DNA of 64,000 nt from the NCBI RefSeq assembly GCF_009914755.1, contig NC_060927.1; one strand, given 5' to 3'. Under the pieces are notes generated by a model. It saw only the letters and a list, made by a program, of their open reading frames with translations. It was not told the origin of the DNA and did not search any database. This stretch comes from the human T2T-CHM13v2.0 reference genome, Homo sapiens. Made by a program: the position numbers and the translations under genes. Below are positions 51,091 through 64,000 of this stretch, in pieces (the stretch's first letter is position 1; each line of letters starts with the position of its first letter).

Positions 51091-52604
51091 ATTATATCTG
51101 AACTTCTACCCCCTCACCTGAAAAATGGGAATACCTGCTTTTGCAGGGTGATTATGAAGATTAAATGAGACAGACTCTTCCAGCTCTCACATACTGACTG
51201 GTAACTTTTTTCCTTAGGAACAGTTAAGTAAACAACACAAAGAAGGAAGAAGATGTAGGAAAACTATTCAAGGAATATAATACCTAGAATTTCTTATTTA
51301 CTGTTTCTGTGATTAGATACAACCACTCATGCGAGTTGAAAGTCTGTTTTGATGTACAGCTCTGTTAGGGGCAGTGGTGATTAAGGCAGGTCACGAGGCC
51401 TCATCAGACAGTGTCTGGGGGTGGTCAGAGGTGTGGCAGGTTTGGGAGGATGCATAGAACACTTGAAGCACATGGTGGCTGTGAAGGGCAAGGCAGATTC
51501 TGCTGACTCCAGGAAGCCGGCTGAATGAAGGTAATGGCTTTCAGCAGGACAAAGAGTTGTTTGTAATGGTTGCTCCAAGGACCAGGGAAATTCTGGCATG
51601 GGTGGGGTCTGCACTAAGTGTTCCAGAATGAAAGGGACAGATCTACTCAATGAGGAAATTGTTCCACCCAGAATGCCAGGAGAGCCCTCAAGTGGTAAGG
51701 AGCAGACCAAGATGCAGACTTGGCCACGCTTACCCCCAAATAATAATGTTTGTGTTTTTCTTAATGTTCATATAAGGGAATGGAAATCCAAATATGTGTA
51801 GGAAAGTGTTTCCCACCTGTTCCCTGTTGCCTGGCATCACTGTCTGAGTTTTTCTCTTCCATCACTACTGTCCCTGTTGTCTTTATGCTTTTATTTTTAG
51901 AGCTAGCCCTTAAGAAGTTAGATTGTTAAATCGGAGGGTGTATCTTATTGTAAGTCAGGGTGCCAGGTTGCTTTCCCCAAGGGGAATAACATTTCAGCAA
52001 TGTGGGCTTGCTTTCTTCTACCTCCTTGCCAGCAAGCAATAGGTGTCACCTGTCACTGCTGACATTGCCGATCTTTGGGTGTGTAAATTGCCACCATCGT
52101 GACTACTGGTCCCTCTGAGTTCCCCTCCCTGGGGCTTAGCCATTTGGATTTTCTCTGCTGCACACAGCCGGCACACAGCACATGGTTGGGCCTCTCTCAG
52201 TTCTCATGAGCTGTTGGTGAATTGAAGTTAACTCTACTTGCATCTTAAGTGACTTTTCCAACTCTGTGGTCTTTTTAAGTCCTTTGAACATAGGGAAAAA
52301 GTAATTTTTTATTTGGTTATGTCATTTTAAGTTTCTATGTTTCCTGTGTCTACCTCAGATTTTTCTGTAATTCAGCTGGAATTTGTTTTGGCTTATGGCA
52401 GAAAAGAGAGACTTGCCTTTCCTCTCAAGAGAGCTCAGCCAGTTGTTTGAAATCATTCAGCTATGTTACACAAGCCGTTTCCCTCCCTGAATAGACCGTG
52501 GCCTGTGCTAAATGCTCGTATGTGCTGGGATCTGTTTCTGGTCTCTCCAGTCTGTTCTGGTGATGTCCATGCCATGTTCCCTTATCTGGACTGTGTTGAT
52601 TTGA

Positions 52605-52963
<359 letters not shown>

Positions 52964-53113
52964 TGCCACATTTCTTTTTTAATAATTTTGTTTCCACCAT
53001 TTTCCTCTCTTACCTTCCACACCCCAAATAAAACTCTGTTGAGATTTTGATTGGAATTTTTTTCTTCAAGCCCACTGTTTTTTCCTCATTGATTGCAGTT
53101 TTGTTGTGGCTGT

Positions 53114-53804
<691 letters not shown>

Positions 53805-54059
53805 CTATTTTAGGTCTTGTTTCTGTTCCTTCAGTAAGATTGATTGATTCTTTTTTTTTTTAGAGACAGGGTCTTGCTCTGTCAGTCAGGCTGATACGCA
53901 GTGGTGCAATCATCACTCGCTATAACCTCCAACTTCTGGGCTCCAGCAGTCTTCCCACCATAGCCTCCTAAGTAGGTAGGACTACAGGCACACCCATGCT
54001 ATAATTGATTTATAATATGATCCTTTGCCTTTCACAGTAAACATATTCCTAGGTACTGG

Positions 54060-55132
<1,073 letters not shown>

Positions 55133-56017
55133 AAAGCTGTTATTTTTTTAAGTATGTATTCCTAGATGTTTTATACTTTTATAGTTATTGTGAATGGAAT
55201 GATTTTTTTCCTAGATAACTTTTAATGAATAGAAACAGTTCCTGCTTTATCTCCAAATTCTAGAACAGTCACTGGCACACAAGTGCTCAGTGTTTAAGTG
55301 ACATTGTTTTCCTGCACCCAAAAGTAGAATGCTGCTCCTCATTGGAAGCATGTTACTTTAGCAAAGTGCCACTAAAATGACCATAGTCCATGTGCTCTGA
55401 TCACTTGTCACAGATGGTGATAAAATTCATTCACAGCTTCCTTTCTAGGCCTGCAGCATTTGGGAGACAAAACTCTGCTAAACCTTTGGAAGAAAAAAGA
55501 GACCAGAGGCCATTGGTCCCGAAAAGTGGATGGAAGATAGGGAGGTAGAAGGAATGTTACAGGCTGAGAGGGCAGCTCACACTCAGCTCCAGCCACTTCA
55601 CCTCGTGCACACACTGGCTGAGGGTTGCCAGATGTTTGAGAAAAGCTAGAAATCCAGACCATTGTTAACCATTGGCAACTATAGGGAACATACAGAAAGC
55701 ATCTGAACTGGATGTGGTAGAGCTCCCAGATCATGATCTGATTGAGAATGTCCATGAACTTCTGTCCTGATTGCTCAGTGCAGACTGCTGCTTCTTCTGG
55801 CAAGACTCCTCTCTTCACATTGACCTGGAGTTGTCACAAAATCTGTTTTTCTCTTGCTACTCCCCTGAGCATGGCACCTTCTGCCAGAGCGCTCCCTTAA
55901 CTGTGTGGGCAGGCTCTGCTTCACAGCTCCCCGCCCACTCTGCCCAAGCAGAAGTGAGCCCCTCCTGGGCAGAAAGTGCCCGCAATGAGGGCTGAAATGT
56001 TTCTATTCCCTGAGTAA

Positions 56018-56140
<123 letters not shown>

Positions 56141-56303
56141 GGGGGCAGTGAGAGTTGAGCACAGAGTCCTTCACAAACCAAGAACACACGTAGGCCTTCA
56201 ACACAATTCCCCTCTCCTCTTCCAAACAAAACATACATTGATCTCTCACATCCAGCTGCCAAAAGAAAACCCCATCAAACACAGTTACACCCCACATATC
56301 TCT

Positions 56304-56337
56304 CACACACACACACACACGCACACACACACACACA
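56304..56337 (+). repeat. Interrupted (CA)n microsatellite in the 3' UTR
   Basis: (CA)n-CG-(CA)n read directly. Confidence 0.95.
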
Positions 56338-56509
56338 GATCTGACGTAATCAAACTCCAGCCCTTGCCCGTGATGGCTCCTTGGGGTCTGCCTGCCCACC
56401 CACATGAGCCCGCGAGTATGGCAGCAGGACAAGCCAGCGGTGGAAGTCATTCTGATATGGAGTTGGCATTGGAAGCTTATTCTTTTTGTTCACTGGAGAG
56501 AGAGAGAAC

Positions 56510-56517
56510 TGTTTACA
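56510..56517 (+). promoter_or_regulatory. miR-30 family 8-mer seed site TGTTTACA in the 3' UTR
   Basis: Exact complement of the miR-30 seed (GUAAACA) plus A1. Motif match only. Confidence 0.55.
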
Positions 56518-56789
56518 GTTAATCTGTGTCTAATTATCTGATTTTTTTTATTGGTCTTGTGGTCTTTTTACCCCCCCTTTCCCCTCCCTCCTTGAAGGCT
56601 ACCCCTTGGGAAGGCTGGTGCCCCATGCCCCATTACAGGCTCACACCCAGTCTGATCAGGCTGAGTTTTGTATGTATCTATCTGTTAATGCTTGTTACTT
56701 TTAACTAATCAGATCTTTTTACAGTATCCATTTATTATGTAATGCTTCTTAGAAAAGAATCTTATAGTACATGTTAATATATGCAACCA

Positions 56790-56795
56790 ATTAAA
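56790..56795 (+). terminator. Candidate proximal polyadenylation signal ATTAAA
   Basis: ATTAAA in an AU-rich context, with upstream TGTA motifs and a downstream GU-rich tract (ttatgtgttt). Confidence 0.6.
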
Positions 56796-57491
56796 ATGTA
56801 TAAATTAGTGTAAGAAATTCTTGGATTATGTGTTTAAGTCCTGTAATGCAGGCCTGTAAGGTGGAGGGTTGAACCCTGTTTGGATTGCAGAGTGTTACTC
56901 AGAATTGGGAAATCCAGCTAGCGGCAGTATTCTGTACAGTAGACACAAGAATTATGTACGCCTTTTATCAAAGACTTAAGAGCCAAAAAGCTTTTCATCT
57001 CTCCAGGGGGAAAACTGTCTAGTTCCCTTCTGTGTCTAAATTTTCCAAAACGTTGATTTGCATAATACAGTGGTATGTGCAATGGATAAATTGCCGTTAT
57101 TTCAAAAATTAAAATTCTCATTTTCTTTCTTTTTTTTCCCCCCTGCTCCACACTTCAAAACTCCCGTTAGATCAGCATTCTACTACAAGAGTGAAAGGAA
57201 AACCCTAACAGATCTGTCCTAGTGATTTTACCTTTGTTCTAGAAGGCGCTCCTTTCAGGGTTGTGGTATTCTTAGGTTAGCGGAGCTTTTTCCTCTTTTC
57301 CCCACCCATCTCCCCAATATTGCCCATTATTAATTAACCTCTTTCTTTGGTTGGAACCCTGGCAGTTCTGCTCCCTTCCTAGGATCTGCCCCTGCATTGT
57401 AGCTTGCTTAACGGAGCACTTCTCCTTTTTCCAAAGGTCTACATTCTAGGGTGTGGGCTGAGTTCTTCTGTAAAGAGATGAACGCAATGCC

Positions 57492-57497
57492 AATAAA
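57492..57497 (+). terminator. Distal canonical polyadenylation signal AATAAA
   Basis: AATAAA preceded by TGTA and followed by U-rich downstream sequence (gtcttttttccttctt). Confidence 0.85.
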
Positions 57498-58920
57498 ATT
57501 GAACAAGAACAATGATCATCTGCCTTTGCCAGAGTCTTTTTTTCCTTCTTCAAGAGCCTTGGCTCAGTAGAGACCACATGAGCTAATCATAGTCAATGCC
57601 TTATCAAGCAAGAGAGCCCTCCATAAATGGGCACGTGTGGTGCTTCAAGGCAGAAAGGCCCTCTCATATCTGGTCCTGTAGTGCCTGTCCCTAGTTTTTT
57701 TTTGTTTGTTTTTTTTTCCGGGGGCGGGGGTGGGTGTATTTTAATCACATTGTTGGAGGTTGAGGACCATGGATGGAGAACGCATTGTCCCTTTAGGAGA
57801 GCAGCCAGAAACTGCTGGGGACTCTGAGCCATGCATATCCTGTAGGTGTAACTGTAACCTAGTCATGTGTTATGTGTTTTATTTTTAGTTGACCTAGTTG
57901 CTAACACTTAGATGTGTAATTCTGCATTTGTCACAGGAGAGGAAGATTTGGCAGCAGAGGCCCTGTATTCCAACATATGTAAGCCCCCACCTGGAATGGA
58001 ATAGTTGCCACTTAGAAGCAATTTTATTAAAATAGTAGTAGTTCAGGTCGTGAGTCACTTTAGGTTTTGCAGAAGTGCCTCATTGAGTTAGATCTTGAAT
58101 TCTACTTTGCTACACTTTTCTACATTTCCACTTCTCAGGCTCCTCAGCTGGTTTCTTTCCTCGTGGCTCCTCTTGGCATGTACTTTATGTGTTAAAAATA
58201 GCATAGTTTAGAAGTTCAGATGCTGCACAATGTGAGATTATCCACAGTGCAATTCCACCCTGGCTGGGTGGCTTAAATCTTCTCTGGTCCTATATTTTGC
58301 TTGGGCCTCATCAGGTGTTTGTCCTCTAGAGGAGCAGAGTTCTCTCCAGCTTGGGGCCCAGTGACTGGGCCACAGGGTGTGGACCCTTGTGTGATGCTCA
58401 CCTCTGCAAATCAGGCATCTATTCCTCTGATTGTGTTCCACTGGTCTTGACCTTGTATGTGACATTAAAATGGACCTTGACTTCTGACCTGCTTGACCTT
58501 CATCCTAAAACTGATGATCATCCTGATATTAACCTGCTTTAGCTTGAGATGAATGTAATCTTTAATTGACTGATTTCAACCATTGTCCTTATCATAACTT
58601 ACCCTAATTTTAATGGCTTTGGCTTTGAACTGGCTTTGACTTTACCCTAAACACGTTCACTGCTGAATGACCTTGACTCTGACCCACCTCCTGACCCTAA
58701 TCATCACCTGACTTTGAAGTTAACATGGAACCCTACCATGACAATAGGTCTTACTCTCTGACCTGGGACTAATTAGTCTCATGTCCCATCAGCCTGATGG
58801 CTGAGCTTGGTGTCATATTTTAACCCTAAATTGTATAATGTTCATCTAAGGGATTCAGCTTAACCACAATAGGGAGCCATGGCTGAGACTGAGCTCTGCA
58901 TCAACACAGTGCCTTTTTCT

Positions 58921-59166
58921 TTTTTTTATTTTTTTATTTTATTTTATTTATTTATTTATTTATTTTTGATCATTCTTGGGTGTTTCTCAGAGGGGGATTT
59001 GGCAGGGTCATAGGACAATAGTGGAGGGAAGGTCAGCAGATAAACAAGTGAACAAAGGTCTCTGGTTTTCCTAGGCAGAGGACCCTGCGGCCTTCCGCAG
59101 CATTTGTGTCCCTGGGTACTTGAGATTAGGGAGTGGTGATGACTCTTAATGCTCATTAAGAGTCAT
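58921..59166 (-). mobile_element. Severely 5'-truncated SVA (SINE-R 3' end only) with an inverted 5' junction
   Basis: Reverse complement of the SINE-R seen at 16540-16727, T-rich tail 58921-58967, TSD cacagtgcctttttct at 58905-58920 and 59167-59182. Confidence 0.93.
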
Positions 59167-59334
59167 CACAGTGCCTTTTTCTATATTCCTATTTAGATTC
59201 AGCATAAGCATGTGTTTTCTCTCAAAAGAGGGGAACTTGTCATTTTGCTGGAATAAGCAGTAAGGATTTACTTTTGTGAAGAATATCTGGGACTGAGTTT
59301 GTCTGCAGTACTATGGATTGTTTGGGTTCATTCA

Positions 59335-59778
<444 letters not shown>

Positions 59779-60363
59779 CTAGTATGTACTTGTTTCAGTA
59801 GTACTCCTTCCTCTGATCCCAGCTTATTCTGCCTGCATGTGAGTGTGTTGCTGTGCCGACTGTCATCTCCCTCAATAAGCTATGAGGAGTTGGTTTTAAT
59901 AAGAATGCCTGAGTTTGTTGTACTAACAGGAATTCTCATCCAAACTCCTACTCAGGTTCATTCTGATTCCTCTCATCTTTTAGTAAGAATATGCCTTTGA
60001 GGTTAATGTGTATTGCATTGCTTACATTGATATCAGTTAACACTGACCTGCAATAAGATTTCACCTTAAGATAAATGTCTGAGACTAAGCTTTTTTGCAC
60101 TGAAAATGATGCCTTCCAATAGCATGAAGTAGGTGCATCTTGGTTCACTCTACCTTGCAGTAAGAATGTGCCCTAGAGAGGAATGTGTGTGTCCTGCTTA
60201 CCTTCCTCTCAGTTGTCACTCGCATGCAATTAGGAGTTGCATGAATCAAATGATTGAGACTGGATGTACTTGTACTAATATGGATTCTTTTCATTACCAC
60301 ATGAGACTCATTCTAATCGATTTACACTTAACAATCATCCTGACCGTGATCCCCTTGAGGTAA

Positions 60364-60552
<189 letters not shown>

Positions 60553-61666
60553 TAGCTAAATTTTGTATTTTTTAGTAGGCGGTTTCACCATGTGAGCTGG
60601 GCTGGTCTCAAACTCGCGACCTCAAATGATTCGCTCACTTTGGCCTTCCAAAGTGCTGGGATTACAGGCGTATTGATCCTGATCTTGAATCTCATATGCA
60701 GTCATCCTGACCTTAAGCTGAAATAAGCATGAACTTGACCTTGAATTTGAATCTAGCCCTAATTCTGACCCTTGTCCTCACCCTAACCATCACCCTGACC
60801 ATGTTTTGCCCTCATTTTAAACTTGTCCTTGAAACTGACTTTGATTGATTTTGAATCCAGTACACTGGTGCTTTTCATGGCCCTGAATCTGAATCTGAAG
60901 CCAACCCTGAACATTGTCCTGGCCATAAGTTTATACCTCCCCTAAGTTTATACCTGAATCTAGCTGACCTTAACCATTCTTAAGTTATCCTTAACCTTAT
61001 TCATCCTGCCACTGATGATAGTCTGCCTTTGAACTGCTCTGGCCTTAAAATGACCTTCATCCTCTTGGCTCTAATCCTTAGCCTTGGTATGACGTTGGAC
61101 CCAACCCTTGTCCTGGTGCTGACCAGCATTCTGACCCTACGTTTCAACTTTACCTTGAGCTTGAGCCATTTGGACCTTGACATGACTTTGAGGCCGACTC
61201 TGATTATCACCTTGAACATCATTCTAGCCATGTCTTAGTTTGTGTTTTTTTTTTTACTTGACTTTGCACTTGACCTTGACCCTACCATGGATCCTCAGTT
61301 TGACATAATCATCCTGAACTTGCCCTACCTGACTCTGAAATTGCCTTACCTTCATCCTGCCATTGTACGGACAATGACCTTGAACTTTACTTGGATCCTG
61401 ATCTTAACTATCCTTTGAACACAGACATCCATACTTTGACCCACCCCAACATTGAAATGATCTTACCCAAAAAATTGGCCTTGGCACTGACTCCGATTCT
61501 TATCTTCACTCTTATGTGCTTTGATTTTTTGATGATCATTGATCTGAATTGACCCTGGTACTGAACATGGCTGACCATTTTAGAGCCTTGGCTTGTGTCC
61601 CAAACCACCAGCACATCTCAGCGCCCACTTCCTTCTTTTCCATTGGCTCTTCTCATGGACGTGTCC

Positions 61667-62045
61667 TGTATTCATTTGCTAGGACTCTCATAACAAATAC
61701 GAGGCTGCAGGGCTTCAACAGCAGAAATGTCTTTTCTCCTGGTTTTGGATGATAGAAGTCCGAGATCCAGGTGTCCACGGGGTTGTTTCCTCTCAACCCC
61801 TCTCCTCAGCTTGTGGATGCCTCTCTCCTGGTGTCTCCACATGGTCTTCCCTTCTTTGCCGTTCTGGGTTTGAATCTCCTTTCTATGGACACCAGTCAGA
61901 TTCGATTAGGGCCCAACTATATGACCTTATTTTACTTTAGTTACCTCTTTAATGGTCCCGTCTCCAACTGCAGTCACTTGCTCTGAGGTACTGGGGTTTA
62001 GGCCTCAACATAGGAATTGGAGGGGGACACAGCTCAGCACATCAC
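61667..62045. mobile_element. MLT1B/C-like MaLR LTR
   Basis: tgtattcatttgctaggactctcataacaaatac ... ctgaggtactggggtttagg ... gggggacacagctcagc. Confidence 0.8.
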
Positions 62046-62249
62046 CTCCCCTATCACCTCCCTTATGTACATCTTAGCTCTCATAGCCGTCACTGTCTAA
62101 TTTTTCTTCCCTTAAATCTGGCTTCATTCCAAATTTCCCCTCCCCTGACTCGTTTTAATCTTTAACAGTTTTGTGAGGTACAACCCACCCTTTGTAAAGA
62201 GGAGAAAACAACAGATCTAGAAAGCTGAGCACTTGCTGGGAGGTTCATT

Positions 62250-62392
62250 TTTCCTAAGAGTAGCTGTATGTTGGAATCACCTGAGGGCCTGTGTCCCACC
62301 TGATTTACTGAACTTGACAGTGCCGGAGTGTGGCTCAGGTATGCTTTTAAAACCCCTCCAGGTGATTCTAATGTGTAGCTGGCGTTGAACTG
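62250..62392. mobile_element. MER5A-like hAT relic
   Basis: ttggaatcacctgaggg ... ccctccaggtgattctaatgtg inverted motifs. Confidence 0.65.
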
Positions 62393-62500
62393 GTATAAAA
62401 ATATTTCCCTAAATATTTTATGAACCACAAATGTGTAAGGTCCACAGCTGGTTGCTAAGAGACAGGAAAAAGTTTGGCCTTAAAAAAAATTAAAGATCTC

Positions 62501-62798
62501 GGCCGGGCGTGGTGGCTTACGCCTGTAATCCCAGCACTTTGGGAGGCCTAGGCGGGAGATCACGAGGTCAGGAGATCGAGACCATCCTGGCTAACACGGT
62601 GAAACCCCGTGTCTACTAAAAATACAAAAAATTAGCCAGGCATGGTGGCGGGCGCCAGTAGTCCCAGCTACTCGGGAGGCTGAGGCAGGAGAATGGTGTG
62701 AACCTGGAGGCGGAGCTTGCAGTGAGCAGACATAGTGCCACTCCAGCCTGGGCAACAGAGTGAGACTTCCATCTCAAAAAAAAAAAAAAAAAAAAAAA
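62501..62798 (+). mobile_element. AluY, sense
   Basis: gagaccatcctggctaacacgg and gcggagcttgcag diagnostics, TSD aaagatctc. Confidence 0.93.
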
Positions 62799-63894
62799 AG
62801 ATCTCAAATGTATGCTCTAGCCTTCCCCACCACCACCGCCACTGAGTTGCAACACTGCACAGATTTTGTTTGACCCACTTTTCCTACATACTTCCAACCA
62901 ATATTTGTAAATGGGAAGATAGCACACAAAATCCAACTCTAGTTTGTCTTTTAAAAATTGGAAGAAAGTGCAACACTTGGATCACACTCCCGAATTTCTC
63001 ATAGTGACCACTAATTGAGGACCCACCTTATTTAAACTTGCTTGCCTGGCTCCCATGCTAAGAAACTAATTTATGTCTGAGGGTGGCCCGGCAGCTTCTG
63101 AGTGGAATGCGTGTGCTCCAAGAGACCAGGCTTTGGGGTGTGGTGTGCTGAGTGCTGCTGCTCTGCCAAGTGAGCTCGGCCCGGTCCACGGTGACTACCA
63201 AGTTTCCATGTCCTGAGTTTCCTGGCCAGGTAGAAGATACTGGAAGTCTGGAGGGGAACCCAAAACTGCCAGCATGGCACATCCTGTCCCAACCTCTTTC
63301 CTTTGAGGAAAGGAACCATGTGCCTTCACAATGCCCTTCCTCACAGTACCCCTTTCCTTTGCCAGAAGTCCTTCCTCCATTCACACTGCAGGGCTAAAGA
63401 TACCCCTTTTTGCTCATTTTTGTTGTAGTTTCATGGAAGGGAGCCAGAACTGGAATTTTGTTAGCTTTTTGGGGTCTAATCATAGTCCGTGGGTGTATTA
63501 TTACTCCCTACTTTATGCCAGGAAAGAGAAAGGGTAAAGGCTATATAGAAAATCCCTAGCTTAGAGAAGGAAAAGGCCACTCTGGATGGCCCATCGAACA
63601 GAGGTGGTGAATTCAGTAGTTGGGTTTCCATTGGTATCTGTTGCTTCTGCTTTCAGAAGCAAGCTTGGCTTGCAGTTTGTAAAAGTACCCTGGGTCCCTA
63701 GTCATCTCTGCACTCATAGGAATGCCTGCTGGGGTACTGTTGTGGAAGGACAGGGAAACTTCTTGCCAAATTTCATTCCTTGCCATAGAACAGGATCCTC
63801 CAACTCTAGACGTTAACTTAGGTTGTCTTGGAGAGATCATCAAGATTTTGTTAAGTCACTTGATTCTCTAGCTGCACTCCTGGGTAAAAGGAAA

Positions 63895-64000
63895 CTACCC
63901 TCACATCTATGATCAGTTGATTTTTGACAAGGGTGCCAAGACCATTCAATGGGGAAAAGACAGTTTTTTCATCAAATTGTGCTGGGATATGGATACCCAT
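63895..64000 (+). mobile_element. L1M ORF2 fragment running off the window
   Basis: gatttttgacaagggtgccaagaccattcaatggggaaaagacag encodes L1 ORF2-like [13 protein letters not shown]. Confidence 0.8.

Larger units (their letters stand above)
56141..57515 (+). other. RAB7A: RAB7A 3' UTR (long form)
   Basis: Transposon-free sequence from the stop codon to about 20 nt past AATAAA at 57492. End position is approximate. Confidence 0.85.

Noticed and set aside
61001-61238. Opposite-strand ORFs with alternating L/T or V/R-K patterns, like a membrane or basic peptide
   Set aside because: A direct consequence of the decayed hexamer array. No splice or promoter support.

Overview
Primate (very likely human) genomic DNA covering most of the RAB7A gene on the + strand. 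It holds the distal ~38 kb of intron 1, all five coding exons (38014-38066, 40606-40732, 49075-49293, 50246-50374, 56045-56140; 207 aa, MTSRKK...ESCSC), the 3' UTR and ~6.5 kb downstream. The non-coding first exon and promoter are not in the window. The introns carry three retrocopies: an FTH1 copy with an intact 183-aa ORF and intact IRE, a full-length 7SL copy, and a decayed RPS15A copy. There are also two SVAs, roughly 45 Alus, several solo LTRs, old L1/L2/MIR pieces and DNA-transposon relics. There is no CRISPR array, operon or microbial system, and I cannot claim a new biological system from sequence alone. The best leads are: the open FTH1 retrocopy with R23G at the NCOA4-binding residue; an SVA 3' transduction; a fold-back inversion at a truncated SVA; a young 300-bp non-tandem duplication; a duplicated AP-1+ETS module; convergent CTCF motifs; a predicted exon 2-5 circle encoding an unprenylated G domain; and a decayed TGACCY array rich in ERR/SF-1-type sites. 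Repeat subfamily names and pseudogene numbers are from memory, and repeat boundaries are approximate.
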